A stretch of 64,000 nucleotides of DNA from Nannocystis bainbridge (GTDB lineage: Bacteria; Myxococcota_A; Polyangia; Nannocystales; Nannocystaceae). The stretch covers positions 384,001-448,000 of the forward strand of contig NZ_JAQNDL010000001.1 of assembly GCF_028368995.1 (NCBI RefSeq), written 5' to 3'. Under the pieces are notes generated by a model. The model was not told the DNA's origin. It did not search any database and was given only the letters and a program-made list of their open reading frames with translations. Positions 53,666 to 64,000 of the stretch are shown piece by piece (positions within the stretch are counted from its first letter, which is position 1; every line of letters starts with the position of its first letter). A program made the position numbers and the translations under genes.

Positions 53666-55315
53666 ATGCGACGTACAGCATGGCTTTGGGGCGCACCGGT
53701 ATTCTGCATGCTCGCCTGCACCGGCGGCGGCGGCGACACCGACACCACCGGTGGCACTGGTTCCCCCGGGACGATGCCCGGCGCGACCGAGGGCGGCACC
53801 CCGGGCACCACCACCGACGACCCGCCGACCACGGGCGGCCCGACCGCGCCGACCGGCACCGACGGCACCACCGCCGCGAGCGACACCACGCCCCCGGCCA
53901 CCACCACCGACGGCACCACCGGCGATCCGCCCGACCCGAACGAGCTCGGCGGCTTCTTCCGCCGCGGCATCAACATCGGCGTGCGCAACCCCAACTTCCC
54001 CGATCCGGACGGCGCCTGGCTCGCGGGACAGGTCGGCTGCAACAGCATCCGCGTCTCGCTGCCCGAGCGGCACCTCGTCACCTGGGGTTACGACATCGAG
54101 GTCTCCGACGTCGACGCCTACGCCGGCATGGGCCTCGATCGTCACATCGCCTTCTTGACCTCGCCGATCGCCGAGCACTCCTCGGCGCCGGACGGCACCC
54201 CGGAGTGGGAGCTCGCGCATTACATCCCGGCCAACCTCTACGAGCCGGCGATCGTCGATGGCGCCATCAACCCGGACAACTACTGGGCCGAATACGTGTA
54301 CAAGACCGTCAGCACGTACAAGGACCACGTCGATATGTGGGAGATCTGGAACGAGCCCGACTGGGTCGCCGACTGGAATTATACCGAGACGTGGGACACC
54401 GATCCGCCGACCAAGGAGCAATTGGTGCGCTTCGGCGGCTCGATCTTCGACTACGTGCGCATGCTACGGGTCAGCAAAGAGGCCGCCCTGCTCGCCGATC
54501 CCGACGCCAAGATCGCCCTCGGCGGCATCGGCTACCCCAACTTCCTCGACGCCCTGCTGCGCTACACCGACAACCCCGACGGCGGCGCCGTCACGGGCGA
54601 GTTCCCCGAGACCGGCGCGGCCTACTTCGACGTCCTCAACTACCATTATTACCCGCTGTGGACCCCCGGCAATTCCGACGCCGGCGCCGACGGTTTCTTC
54701 GCCACGCGCGACGCCTTCGCCGCCAAGATGGCGGCCGCCGGCGTGCCCGAGCGGCCCTACAACGTCACCGAGGTCGGCGCGCCCAAGACCGCCCTGAACG
54801 GCCAGCCCGGCGGCCTCGAGTACGCGCGCAACTTCTACGTCAAGGTGTTCGCGCGCGCCCAGGCCGAGAAGTTCGTCGGCGCCGACTGGTTCATCCTCAG
54901 CGACGGCGACCCGGGCGAGTCGTTCGGCGAGATGGGCCTCTATCAGGACATCAAGGATCTCGGCAAAAAGGAAGACGCGACGCCCTCGGTCACCGGCGTC
55001 GCCGCGAAGACGCTCAACACCCTGCTCGCCGACTCGCGCGCCGACCCGGTCGCCGCCGCCGCCCTGGCCGCGCCCGCCGACGTGCGCGCCTACGCGTTCC
55101 GCCTGCCCGACGACCGCCAGGCGATCGTCGCCTGGGCCTACGCGCCCGGCACCGACGAATCGGCGCAGGCCCAATTCGACCTGCCGACCGACAAGAGCTT
55201 CGACGTGCACGCCTGGGACTTCAGCCAGACCGGCACCGCCACCCCGGTGAGCCCGGAAGGCGGCCTCCTCGGCCTCGACCTCACCGCCTCGCCGATCATC
55301 CTCGTCGAGCAGTGA
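53666..55315 (+). CDS. Lipoprotein glycoside hydrolase (clan GH-A-like)
   Basis: MLAC lipobox, T/P linker, WEIWNEPD acid/base, [14 protein letters not shown] nucleophile. Confidence 0.8.
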   Translation: MRRTAWLWGAPVFCMLACTGGGGDTDTTGGTGSPGTMPGATEGGTPGTTTDDPPTTGGPTAPTGTDGTTAASDTTPPATTTDGTTGDPPDPNELGGFFRRGINIGVRNPNFPDPDGAWLAGQVGCNSIRVSLPERHLVTWGYDIEVSDVDAYAGMGLDRHIAFLTSPIAEHSSAPDGTPEWELAHYIPANLYEPAIVDGAINPDNYWAEYVYKTVSTYKDHVDMWEIWNEPDWVADWNYTETWDTDPPTKEQLVRFGGSIFDYVRMLRVSKEAALLADPDAKIALGGIGYPNFLDALLRYTDNPDGGAVTGEFPETGAAYFDVLNYHYYPLWTPGNSDAGADGFFATRDAFAAKMAAAGVPERPYNVTEVGAPKTALNGQPGGLEYARNFYVKVFARAQAEKFVGADWFILSDGDPGESFGEMGLYQDIKDLGKKEDATPSVTGVAAKTLNTLLADSRADPVAAAALAAPADVRAYAFRLPDDRQAIVAWAYAPGTDESAQAQFDLPTDKSFDVHAWDFSQTGTATPVSPEGGLLGLDLTASPIILVEQ

Positions 55316-55327
55316 GCCTCGGCCGCG

Positions 55328-55394
55328 CGGCATGGCCTTCAAGACATGTACTTTTGTACATTTTCTGAAGGACATGCCTCGACGGCCATGTCGT
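55328..55394. repeat. 14-bp-period array, 5 units
   Basis: Cores at 55331, 55345, 55359, 55373, 55387; AT-rich spacers. Confidence 0.88.
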
Positions 55395-55531
55395 CGCTGA
55401 AGCTCACCGGCCTCGCCCACCTCTCACAGCCCATCCCCCGCGGTTCCGATATCCTTGCGCGAGCGGGCTCGGCCGCGCGGCTTTGCCTCGTTTGATAATC
55501 GTGGTAGTGGGCCGATGAAGCCCCCTTCCCC

Positions 55532-56191
55532 ATGCCCGACCTGACGCTGCACGCCCATCCTTTGTCTTCCTATTGCTGGAAGGTCCTGATCGCCCTCTAC
55601 GAGGCCGGGACCGCGTTCACCTTCCAGCACCTCGATCTCGCCGACCCGTCCGCGCGGGCCGAGTTTTACGCCCTGTGGCCGATCGGCAAGATGCCTGTGC
55701 TCGTCGACGCCACGGCGGGGCGGACCGTCGCCGAGACCAGCGTCATCATCGAGTACCTCGAGCGCTACGCCCCGGCCGCGCGCCGCATGCTGCCCACCGA
55801 GCCCGAGGAGGCGCTCACGGCTCGCTTCTGGGACCGCTTCTGCGACCTCTACCTCTCGACGCCGATGCAGAAGGTCGTCGGCGACCGCATCCGCCCGGAG
55901 GGCAGCCGCGATCCGTTCGGCGTCGACGAGGCGCGGCGCACTCTGGACGCCGCGTTCGGCGTGCTCGAGGCCCACATGCAGGGGCGCGAGTGGGCGGCCG
56001 GTTCGTCGTTCGGCCTGGCCGACTGCGCCGCCTCGCCGGCCCTCTTCTACGCCGACCAGATCGCATCGCTGCGCGAGCGCCCGGTCCTCGCCGCCTACCT
56101 CGCGCGGCTCGCAGCGCGCCCGTCGTTCGCGCGCGTGCTCGACGAGGCCGGGCCGTGGATGCACAACTTCCCGCGCGAGAACCGGCCCTGA
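55532..56191 (+). CDS. Glutathione S-transferase family protein
   Basis: HPLSSYC, WPIGKMPVL, ETSVIIEYL, FGLADC, RPSF. Confidence 0.93.
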   Translation: MPDLTLHAHPLSSYCWKVLIALYEAGTAFTFQHLDLADPSARAEFYALWPIGKMPVLVDATAGRTVAETSVIIEYLERYAPAARRMLPTEPEEALTARFWDRFCDLYLSTPMQKVVGDRIRPEGSRDPFGVDEARRTLDAAFGVLEAHMQGREWAAGSSFGLADCAASPALFYADQIASLRERPVLAAYLARLAARPSFARVLDEAGPWMHNFPRENRP

Positions 56192-56288
56192 GCCTCGGGC
56201 CGGCCGCGACGCGAGGCCGACGCGGATGGCGCCGGAAGTGAAGCCGCGCCAATCCATGGGCGCGCCGGCTCGAGGCGTGCGCGCGGAA

Positions 56289-56335
56289 TGTCCGAAGGGA
56301 CATGTCCGAAAGTTTCGGACATGTCCCCTCGGACA
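56289..56335. repeat. 47-bp near-perfect palindrome built from the 14-bp motif
   Basis: 23-bp arms with 1 mismatch around a single central G at 56312. Confidence 0.9.
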
Positions 56336-56353
56336 CACGCCGGCGCGGCCCGG

Positions 56354-57997
56354 TCAGGCCGCCGGGTCGGGGCGCAGCCGCTCGAGGTACTTCAGGTCGA
56401 AGTCGAACCAGCGGTTCATCGGCCACTTCGCCTCGGTCTTGCCCCACTCGATCATCTGCCTCAGCTTCTCGGGCAGCACGTCGGCGTGGTGGGCGGCAGG
56501 GTCGCCCCACGGGTGGATCGGCGGCAGGGGGGCGCGCCCGAGCACCTCGAACACCAGGGTGGCGGCCTGGTCCGCGTCGATCTCGCCGGCCTCCCAGCGG
56601 TCGAACGTCGCGTCGGTGAAGCGGCGCATGTCCTCCAGCGGATCCTCGCCGGGCGCGGGCTCCAGCGGCAGCGGGTCGGCGTCGAGCTTGGCGAACTCGG
56701 CCTTGTCGCCGGTCTCGAGGTACTTGAGACAGACCCGGAACATGCGCAGGTCGCCGAACAGGATGTTGACGAGCCACACCCGCAGGAACGCGTTCCAGGT
56801 CTCGAAATTGGCGAACGAGCGGAACGAGTTGTGGACCATGCGGTCGTTGTCGAGCAGCATCGCGTCCTGCAGCCGCTTCGGGTACTCGAAGCGCTCCACC
56901 GCGAAATCGTCGTCCTTCAGGGCCTGGATCAGCCGCGGCGCGAACGCGTGGATCGTCTCGAACGTGTTGATCATGCCGCGCGAGTACAGGGCGTCGATGA
57001 AGCCGTGGGCGTGCGACATCAGGAAGAACCGCTTGCCGACGCTGTCGGTCGCGGTGAACTGCAGGCGGCTGGTGCCGACCCACGGCCGCGTGATCTCGGC
57101 GCCCTGCAGGTGGCGGACGATGCTGGGGTAGCGATTGACGACGTCCCAGAACTCCTGCTCCGGCGTGATATCGGTGCGCTGCGGGTATTTGCGCATGTCG
57201 AGGGTCAGGCCGACGCTCGTCAGGTCGCTCTCCGAGCCGGGCACGTTGTCGAAGCGGATCACCCAGAACCACCCGCCGTCGATCACGTGGTGCAGCGTGC
57301 CCTCGTAGTAGCCGCGCGACAGGCCGGGCCGCTCGTGCGGGGCGATGGTGTCGTCGTAGCGCTGGAAACCGCGCATGTGGGTGAAGATCGTGCGCGACTG
57401 GGTGCGCAGCGGCGGCACCTCCGGGCGCAGGCCCAGCTTCTCGGCCACCAGCGACTTGTGGCCGGTGGCGTCGACCAGGTAGCGGGCGTGGAACTCCTCG
57501 CCGGAGGCGGCCCGCAGGACCACGCCGTCGTCCTCGAGCGAGAAGTCGACCACGTCGGTGCGGTCGCGGTAGGTCGCGCCGTAGCGAACCGCCGCCTTCA
57601 CCACGTAGTGATCGATGTCGGCGCGGAACAGGTGGCTCTCGGACGCCAGCGGCGTCGGCGGCGGGACCAACAGGTGCCCCTTGTTCGGGTCCTGCCACTG
57701 GCCCTCGTCGTGGTAGAGGAACCCGAAGGTCTTCTTCACGCCGCAGTTGCGGGTCACGTGCCGCAAGATCTTCTGCGTGCAGCTCAGGTTTTGGATCTCC
57801 GGCACGTCGAACCGCTCGCCGAGGATCCACAGCAGCATCGAGCTCTGCGGCTGCATCGCCTCGCCGACGGCGAAGCGCGGGTGTGTGCCCTTCTCGAGCA
57901 GCAGCACGCGGAACCCCTGGCGGCCGAGGATCGCGGCCAGCACGGCGCCCGCGATCCCCGAGCCGAGAATCGCTACATCGTATTTTTCGTGATTCAC
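56354..57997 (-). CDS. Flavin-dependent halogenase, PrnC-like
   Basis: GSGIAG, HPRFAVGE, GVKKTFGF, GTLHH..GGWFWVI, GFIDALYSRG; GGAG RBS. Confidence 0.87.
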   Translation of the reverse strand: MNHEKYDVAILGSGIAGAVLAAILGRQGFRVLLLEKGTHPRFAVGEAMQPQSSMLLWILGERFDVPEIQNLSCTQKILRHVTRNCGVKKTFGFLYHDEGQWQDPNKGHLLVPPPTPLASESHLFRADIDHYVVKAAVRYGATYRDRTDVVDFSLEDDGVVLRAASGEEFHARYLVDATGHKSLVAEKLGLRPEVPPLRTQSRTIFTHMRGFQRYDDTIAPHERPGLSRGYYEGTLHHVIDGGWFWVIRFDNVPGSESDLTSVGLTLDMRKYPQRTDITPEQEFWDVVNRYPSIVRHLQGAEITRPWVGTSRLQFTATDSVGKRFFLMSHAHGFIDALYSRGMINTFETIHAFAPRLIQALKDDDFAVERFEYPKRLQDAMLLDNDRMVHNSFRSFANFETWNAFLRVWLVNILFGDLRMFRVCLKYLETGDKAEFAKLDADPLPLEPAPGEDPLEDMRRFTDATFDRWEAGEIDADQAATLVFEVLGRAPLPPIHPWGDPAAHHADVLPEKLRQMIEWGKTEAKWPMNRWFDFDLKYLERLRPDPAA

Positions 57998-58292
57998 GAG
58001 ATTCTCTCCAAGGTGCGCGAATCAGCGAATCGTGGCATCGGCTCGTCTCCGCGCTCGAATCGCCTCATCGGGTCATGTCGAACGCGAAATCTTCGTGGAG
58101 CCGACGCGCCCCGTCAATGCCACGCGGCCTCGGCGCGAGCGGGCGATTCGGCGACATCGCCGAAATCTCGGAGCCGCCCGCCGGGCATCGTCCGATGGCC
58201 GTCGCACCCACATCGGAGGCGAAGGGGGCTTCCGCGTTCGTCGCGGGTTTCGACACTCTTCGCATTCGCCGCGCCGGCCCGGCGCCGGTGAA

Positions 58293-60197
58293 TCATTCGA
58301 CCTGAAGATCTGGAGCTACCGCCCGCAGCTCGCTCAGGGTCGGTTCGAATTGGTCCTCTGCGCAGCGCGACCCGGTGACCAGTCGCTGCAGCGAGTTCAG
58401 CCATGGCGCGCCGACCAGGGGGCGCAGCCGCTCGCCGTCGAGCTCCCGGCTGCTCAAATGGAGGCGTGTCAGCCGGCGGAGGTGGGACGCCCCCCCGAGC
58501 GCGGCGACCCCCGCGATCCCGATCGCGCTGCCGCTGAACCACAGCTCCGTCAGCGCGGCCAGCGGTCCGCTTACGAGCGCGGCGAATCCGTCGTCGCCGA
58601 TCTCGCGGTTGCCCGCCAGATCGAGGCCCGCGAGCCCGGCCAGCAGCGGCGCGTCCGCCAGCGTGCGCGCCCCCTCGTCGCCGATCGCCGCGTTGGCGAG
58701 CACGAGCAGCCGCAGCCGCGGCCAGGGCGCCGACGCCAGCGCCGCGACGCCCTCGTCGCCGACGTGGTTCCTGTCGAGCAGCAGCTCGCGCACGCTGGCG
58801 AGGTGGGCCGCCGACGCCAGCGCACGCGCCCCCTTCGGCCCGAAGCCGGTGTGCCGCAGGCTCAGTCGCCTCAGCCGCGTGATGTGGGGCGCCTCCGCGA
58901 GCGCCCGCGCGGCGGTGTTGCCGAGCGGGTTGTCGTCGAGCAGCAGGCACTCGAGGCGCGCGAGCCACGGCTCCTCGATCAGGTCGCGCGCGCCCGCGGG
59001 GCCGATGTCGTTGTCGCGCAGGTCGAGCTGCGTCAGCCCGGTCAGTTGATCGGCGATCGCCAGCGTCGCGGCGCCGTCGTCGTCGAGCTTGTTGTAGGCC
59101 AGCCGGAGCTCGCGCAGGCCCGCGAGCGAGTCGGCGTAGGCGATGGCCTCCACGCCGGCGATGCCGATGTGGTTGTGGCTCAGGTCGAGCGTCCGCAGCC
59201 GCTGCATCCGCCCGACGATCGCCCGCACGCCCGCGGGCCCGAGCTCGTTGTCGTAGAGGTCGAGCAGGGTCAGGTTCGGCAAGCCCTCGGCCAGGGCCCT
59301 GGCGCCGGCGGGGCCGAGGTAGCTGGCGCCCAGCCACAGCTCGCGCAGGCCGCTCAGGTTGGGCGTCGCGGCCAGCGCCCGCGCGCCCACGTGGGTGAGG
59401 CGGCTCCACTGCAGGTCGAGGGTGACGAGCTGCCGCAGGTGACGCGCCGACGCCAGCGCGAGCGCTCCCTCGTCGCCGCACGGGTCGCCCGCGCCGTCGA
59501 AGAACGAGCCGCCGAGCCACAGCTCGCGCAGCTCGGCGAGGTGCGACGCGGCTGCCAGCGCGCGCACGCCCTCGGGACCGATCCGGCAGCTCTGCAGGTC
59601 GAGCCGGGTCAGGCCCGCGAGGTGCTTCGCGCCGGCCAGCGCCAGCCCGCCGGCCTCGAAGATCCGGTTGGCGCGCAGTTTCAACGCGCGCAGCTGGGAC
59701 ATGTGGGTCGCCTCCGCCAGCGCCCGCGCCCCGTCCTCGCCGATGTCGTTGCGCTCGGCCGCGAGATCGAGGCTGGTGACGACCGCGAGCAGCGGCGTAC
59801 ACAGCGTCGCCTTCAGCGCCTCGAGATCGTCCTCGATCCCGCGCAGGTGCAGCCCCTGGACCGGCGCATCGCGGACCAGCCGCTCGCCGATCGCCGCGAC
59901 CCGACCCGGCGTCAGCGACACCGTGTCGACGAAGCCGCGGGTCCAGGTCGCCTCGCCGACGCGCAGCCCGAGCTCGTGGTGCCAGGCCTCGTCGTGAAGG
60001 GCGAGCAGCGCCTCGGCGCGGATCACCAGCTCGCCCTGCGCGTCGTCGTCCTCGCTCCGGGCCGCCGCGCACTGCAGCTCGATGAACTCGCCGCGCGGGT
60101 CGCCGCGCTGACGCAGCTGCCGGGCCAGCGCCAGCCGCGGCCCGTCGTCGTCGGGGCGGGCGCGGATCGCCGCCAGCGCGTCGTCGGAGGATGACAT
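58293..60197 (-). CDS. TIGR02996-like N-terminal domain + leucine-rich repeat protein
   Basis: AI.A.PDDD.PRL...L...GDPRGEFI.LQ, RGFV, then many L..LDL..N.IG..GA.ALA repeats. Confidence 0.9.
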   Translation of the reverse strand: MSSSDDALAAIRARPDDDGPRLALARQLRQRGDPRGEFIELQCAAARSEDDDAQGELVIRAEALLALHDEAWHHELGLRVGEATWTRGFVDTVSLTPGRVAAIGERLVRDAPVQGLHLRGIEDDLEALKATLCTPLLAVVTSLDLAAERNDIGEDGARALAEATHMSQLRALKLRANRIFEAGGLALAGAKHLAGLTRLDLQSCRIGPEGVRALAAASHLAELRELWLGGSFFDGAGDPCGDEGALALASARHLRQLVTLDLQWSRLTHVGARALAATPNLSGLRELWLGASYLGPAGARALAEGLPNLTLLDLYDNELGPAGVRAIVGRMQRLRTLDLSHNHIGIAGVEAIAYADSLAGLRELRLAYNKLDDDGAATLAIADQLTGLTQLDLRDNDIGPAGARDLIEEPWLARLECLLLDDNPLGNTAARALAEAPHITRLRRLSLRHTGFGPKGARALASAAHLASVRELLLDRNHVGDEGVAALASAPWPRLRLLVLANAAIGDEGARTLADAPLLAGLAGLDLAGNREIGDDGFAALVSGPLAALTELWFSGSAIGIAGVAALGGASHLRRLTRLHLSSRELDGERLRPLVGAPWLNSLQRLVTGSRCAEDQFEPTLSELRAVAPDLQVE

Positions 60198-60307
60198 CGG
60201 CCTCGCGCAGTCTAGGCGCCGACGGCCGCGCCGCGTCAAGGCCGAGCGCGGGCCCGTTCCCGCGCGTCGGCGTGGTGGTGCATCGCGGACGCCCCGACGC
60301 GCCCGCG

Positions 60308-60811
60308 TCAGCCGGCCGCGGCCTGGCGCAGCGCGTCGATGTCGAGCTTCTTCATCTGCATCATCGCCGCGGTGGCCCGCTTGGCCCGCGCCGGATCGGG
60401 GTCGCCGAGCACCTCGAACAGCGCGTCGGGCACGACCTGCCACGACACGCCGAACTTGTCCTTGAGCCAGCCGCACTGCTGCGCCCGCGGGTCGCCGCCC
60501 TCGCTCAGGCGCTCCCAGTAGTGATCGACCTCGGCCTGGGTCTGGCAGTGAACCACCAGCGAGATGGCCTCGGTGAACTTGAACATCGGCCCGCCGTTGA
60601 TGGCGCCGAACTCGATGCCGTCGAGGATGAAGCCCACGGTCATGACCGAGCCCGGCTTGTGCCCGCCCGGCCCGGCGCTCTCGGCGGAGTAGCGCGTGGT
60701 CTTGGTGATCCGCGAGTCGGGGAAGATCGCGGTGTAGAAGTTCGCCGCCTCCTCGGCCTGATCGTCGAACCAGAGGAAGGTGGAGATCCGCTGCTTGATC
60801 GTGGCTGCCAT
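60308..60811 (-). CDS. VOC/PhnB-like (3-dmu-9 3-methyltransferase family) protein
   Basis: FLWFDDQAEEAANFY, NGGP.FKFTEAIS, CGWLKDKFGVSWQV. Confidence 0.93.
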   Translation of the reverse strand: MAATIKQRISTFLWFDDQAEEAANFYTAIFPDSRITKTTRYSAESAGPGGHKPGSVMTVGFILDGIEFGAINGGPMFKFTEAISLVVHCQTQAEVDHYWERLSEGGDPRAQQCGWLKDKFGVSWQVVPDALFEVLGDPDPARAKRATAAMMQMKKLDIDALRQAAAG

Positions 60812-61146
60812 GGTGAATCCTTCGTGATGTGCCGTGTTGACGTTGGGGGTGACCCGGCCCTGCCTGGGCGGCTCCGCGGCCGTGCTCACGAGAGATGTCG
60901 TTTTCGCGGGGCCGCTTTCGACACGCCCGACCCACCTCGACGAAAAAAATCTCGCGGCGGCCGCCGAGCGGCAGAGCCCGCCGAGCGCATGGCGCGCGAG
61001 AACCCATCGTCACGGAGCCGTGCGAGGCACTCGTCGCCGACTCCGACGCGGCGACACGCACGCGACCTCGCGCGTCACCGGCGAGGCCACGCCGGGCGAA
61101 ACCTCTGCGCGCCGCCCGGGCGTGGCGAAGACGCTAGGCTCTCCGC

Positions 61147-63081
61147 ATGCGACCTGCGCCGACGTTCCTCGCCTCGCTCGACGACGCCGTCGAGGTCTTG
61201 CTCGCGCGCGTGCCCGGCCCGCTGCACGTCGGCGCCCCGCTCGGCCTCGGCAAGCCGCATCGCCTGCTCAACGCCCTGTATCACCGCGTGGCCGCCGACC
61301 CCACGCGGCCCCTGCACCTCTACACCGCGCTCTCGCTCGATCCGCCCGAGCCCGGCGAGGGCCTGCAGGCCCGCTTCCTCGCCCCGTTCGTGCGCCGCCA
61401 CTTCGGCGACGAGTTCCCGCGCCTGGCCTACGTCGAAGCGCTGCGTCGCGACGCCCTGCCGGCGCACGTCGAGGTCGAGGAGTTCTATCTGCAGTCCGGC
61501 GCGCTGCTCGGCTCCCCGGCGGCGCAGCGGCGCTACACCAGCCTCAACTACACCCACGTGGCCCGCGCGCTGGCCGAGCGCGGGCTCAACGCGATCGTGC
61601 AGAAGGTCGCGCGCGAGCCCGGCGACGCGCCGCCGACCCGGCTGTCGCTGTCGTGCAACACCGACGTCACCCTCGACGCGCTCGACGCCGTGGCCGCGCG
61701 CGGGCTGCCGCGCCCGCTGCTGATCGCCGAGATCGATCCGTCGCTGCCGTGGCTCGGCGGCAGCGCGGCGGTGCCGACCGAGCTGTTCGACGTCGTCGTC
61801 GAGCCTCCGGGCCCGCATCCGCAGCTGTTCGGGCTGCCGCGCCAGCCCGTGGCCGACGCCGACTACGCGATCGGCTTTCACGCCAGCACCCTGGTGCGCG
61901 ACGGTGGCACGCTGCAGATCGGCATCGGCGCGCTGGCCGACGCGCTGAGCCACGCGCTCGTCCTGCGGCACACCGACAATGCGACCTACCGCGCCGTCCT
62001 GCGCGCGCTCGGCTCGCCGCGCGCCGACGACCCCGCGCTCGCGCCGTTCGCCGTCGGCCTCTACGGCTGCAGCGAGATGATCAACGAGGGCTTCCGCCGG
62101 CTCGTGCAAGTCGGCGTGGTCGGGCGCAAGGTCGTCGACGACCTCGCGGTGATGCAGCGCGTCGAGGGCGGCTCGGCCGACGCCGACGACCTGGCCCGGC
62201 TCGCGCGCGACGGCGAGTACCTGCACGGCGCGTTCTACCTCGGCTCGCCCGAGCTCTACGCCTGGCTGCGCGCCCTGCCGGACGCCGAGCGGCGCGCGAT
62301 CGGCATGCGCCGCGTCAGCGCCATCAACGACCTCGACGGCCCCGAGGAGCCGCTCAAGCGGCTGCAGCGCCGCGAGGCCCGCTTCTTCAACACCTGCATG
62401 ATGGCGACCGCGCTCGGGGCCGCGACCTCCGACGCGCTCGACGGCGGCCGCGTCGTCTCCGGCGTCGGCGGGCAGTACAACTTCGTCGCCATGGCCCACG
62501 CGATGCCCGACGCGCGCTCGATCCTGCTGCTGCGCGCCATTCGTGACAGCGGCGGCCGCACGTCCTCCAATGTCGTGTGGAGCTATGGTCATACCACCAT
62601 CCCCCGCCATTTGCGCGACGTCTACGTCAGCGAATACGGGATCGCCGACGTGCGCGGCAAGGCCGACGAGGATTGCGTAATCGCCATGGCGGCGATCGCC
62701 GACGCCCGCTTTCAGGCCGGCCTTTTGGCGGCCGCCGAGGCCAACCTCAAGCTGCGGCGCGGCTTCACGGCGCCGGGGCGCTGGGCCGACAACACGCCCG
62801 AGGCGCTGCGCGAGCGGCTGGCCCCGCACCGGGCCGCCGGGGCGCTGCCCGACTACCCGCTCGGCAGCGACTTCACCCCGGTCGAGCAGCGGCTGGCCCG
62901 CGCGCTCGGCTGGCTCAAGGCCCACGCCGATCACAAGCTCCACATCGCCGTGCGCGCCATGACCGGCGCCGCCACCGACGACTTCGAGGCGCTGCAGCGA
63001 ATGCAGCTCGATCGCCCGCAGGGCGCCCAGGAGTGGCTGCAGTCGCGGCTCCTCGGCCTGGCGCTGCGCATGACCGCGTGA
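61147..63081 (+). CDS. Acetyl-CoA hydrolase/transferase family protein
   Basis: PLGLGKP, NYTH, DGGTLQIGIG, SEM, VSGVGGQYNF, EYGIAD.RGK. Confidence 0.9.
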   Translation: MRPAPTFLASLDDAVEVLLARVPGPLHVGAPLGLGKPHRLLNALYHRVAADPTRPLHLYTALSLDPPEPGEGLQARFLAPFVRRHFGDEFPRLAYVEALRRDALPAHVEVEEFYLQSGALLGSPAAQRRYTSLNYTHVARALAERGLNAIVQKVAREPGDAPPTRLSLSCNTDVTLDALDAVAARGLPRPLLIAEIDPSLPWLGGSAAVPTELFDVVVEPPGPHPQLFGLPRQPVADADYAIGFHASTLVRDGGTLQIGIGALADALSHALVLRHTDNATYRAVLRALGSPRADDPALAPFAVGLYGCSEMINEGFRRLVQVGVVGRKVVDDLAVMQRVEGGSADADDLARLARDGEYLHGAFYLGSPELYAWLRALPDAERRAIGMRRVSAINDLDGPEEPLKRLQRREARFFNTCMMATALGAATSDALDGGRVVSGVGGQYNFVAMAHAMPDARSILLLRAIRDSGGRTSSNVVWSYGHTTIPRHLRDVYVSEYGIADVRGKADEDCVIAMAAIADARFQAGLLAAAEANLKLRRGFTAPGRWADNTPEALRERLAPHRAAGALPDYPLGSDFTPVEQRLARALGWLKAHADHKLHIAVRAMTGAATDDFEALQRMQLDRPQGAQEWLQSRLLGLALRMTA

Positions 63082-63131
63082 GCGGGCGCCGGCCGGCGCC
63101 TCGCCGGCGCGCGGCGAGGCACCCGCTCGAT

Positions 63132-64000
63132 TCACGGGGTGAGCCGCGCGACCTGGGCGCGTAGCCACGCCTGCAATTCGGCCGGGCTCCGCGGCACCAG
63201 GCCGAGGGCGAAGCGATGGACTTCGCCGTCCTCGCGGGCCACCAGCTCGCCGTCCGGGCCGAGCTGCAGCAGCCGCGCGAAGCCCTTGGTGGTCCACATC
63301 GGCGTGGCCGTCATGCTCTCGAGCTCCCAGACCTGCATCGTGTCGCCGACGGCGCCGAACAGGAGCTCGCCGCCCGGGTCGAATTGCATCGACCAGATGT
63401 TGCCGCCCGCGTCGATCGATCGCACCGCCGCGGTCGCGGCGTCGACGAGGAACAGCCGCTCTCCGTCGCTGACGGCGATCCGCTGGCCGTCGTGGGAGAC
63501 CCGCAGTCCGAAGTAACCCTCGGCGCGCAGGCCCAGGGCGACGTCGAGGGGGCGGGTGGTGCGAGCCACCAGGTCGTGCACGACCAGCCTCCCGCTGCCG
63601 AGCTCGAGCGCCACCAGCCAGCGTCCGTCGCCGGACATGTCCATGTTCAGGTTCACCTTCGGGCTCACGGGCGCCATCACCTGCGTGAGGGCGCCGTCAG
63701 CGAAGACTTGCACGCCGCCGGTCGACGACAGCGACGCCAGCCGCGCGCCGCCGGGGTCGTACATGAGGGTCCGCCACCCGCCGTCCCCGCCCTCGAAGCT
63801 GCGCGGGCTGGTGTCCGGATCGGACCACGCGTACACCGTGCCGTCGACGGCGATGGCCGCGAAGCCGCGACCGTCGGGGGCGAGGAAGACCCGCAGCACC
63901 GGCTCGACCACCCCCGCGATCGCGCGCGGCTGATCGCTGCCGGCGGCGTACAGATCGAGCTTGCCGCCGTGCGACACGAGCGCGCGGCCGGTCTCGTCGA
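63132..64000 (-). CDS. WD40/beta-propeller C-terminus of a larger protein (5' end outside window)
   Basis: Repeated F.PDG..LA/S.DG..V..W units; frame open to the window edge. Confidence 0.75.
   Translation of the reverse strand, partial: DETGRALVSHGGKLDLYAAGSDQPRAIAGVVEPVLRVFLAPDGRGFAAIAVDGTVYAWSDPDTSPRSFEGGDGGWRTLMYDPGGARLASLSSTGGVQVFADGALTQVMAPVSPKVNLNMDMSGDGRWLVALELGSGRLVVHDLVARTTRPLDVALGLRAEGYFGLRVSHDGQRIAVSDGERLFLVDAATAAVRSIDAGGNIWSMQFDPGGELLFGAVGDTMQVWELESMTATPMWTTKGFARLLQLGPDGELVAREDGEVHRFALGLVPRSPAELQAWLRAQVARLTP

Noticed and set aside
56298-56326. GGACATGTCC equals the p53 half-site RRRCWWGYYY
   Set aside because: Treated as coincidence; nothing here suggests a p53-like protein

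Overview
GC-rich (roughly 70-75% by eye), gene-dense bacterial chromosomal window. The gene content suggests a myxobacterium, probably Nannocystaceae-like (inference): Ser/Thr-linker lipoproteins, FG-GAP lipoproteins, a eukaryotic-type Ser/Thr kinase, a Uma2 nuclease, a GAF-PAS-STAS protein and a TIGR02996-LRR protein. About 50 CDS were called, including gltA, truA, pssA and cutA. I saw no rRNA, tRNA, CRISPR array, IS element or prophage. Most notable: (1) a three-gene operon (31832-34650) encoding two distinct, divergent Ku-like proteins plus an ATP-dependent ligase-fold protein with a WGR-like tail, a candidate non-canonical end-joining system; (2) a pervasive degenerate palindromic motif (GGACATGTCC-N4) arrayed on a 14-bp period, found just after stop codons and also embedded in-frame in many genes; (3) a heme oxygenase + CarH-type B12 domain + tandem globin-like operon divergent from two hybrid kinases, a possible split B12/bilin light sensor; (4) a stand-alone PrnC-like halogenase, PmrA-like boxes, a structured intergenic element and unusual gene fusions. 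All family calls come from motif recognition by eye; no database searches were run.
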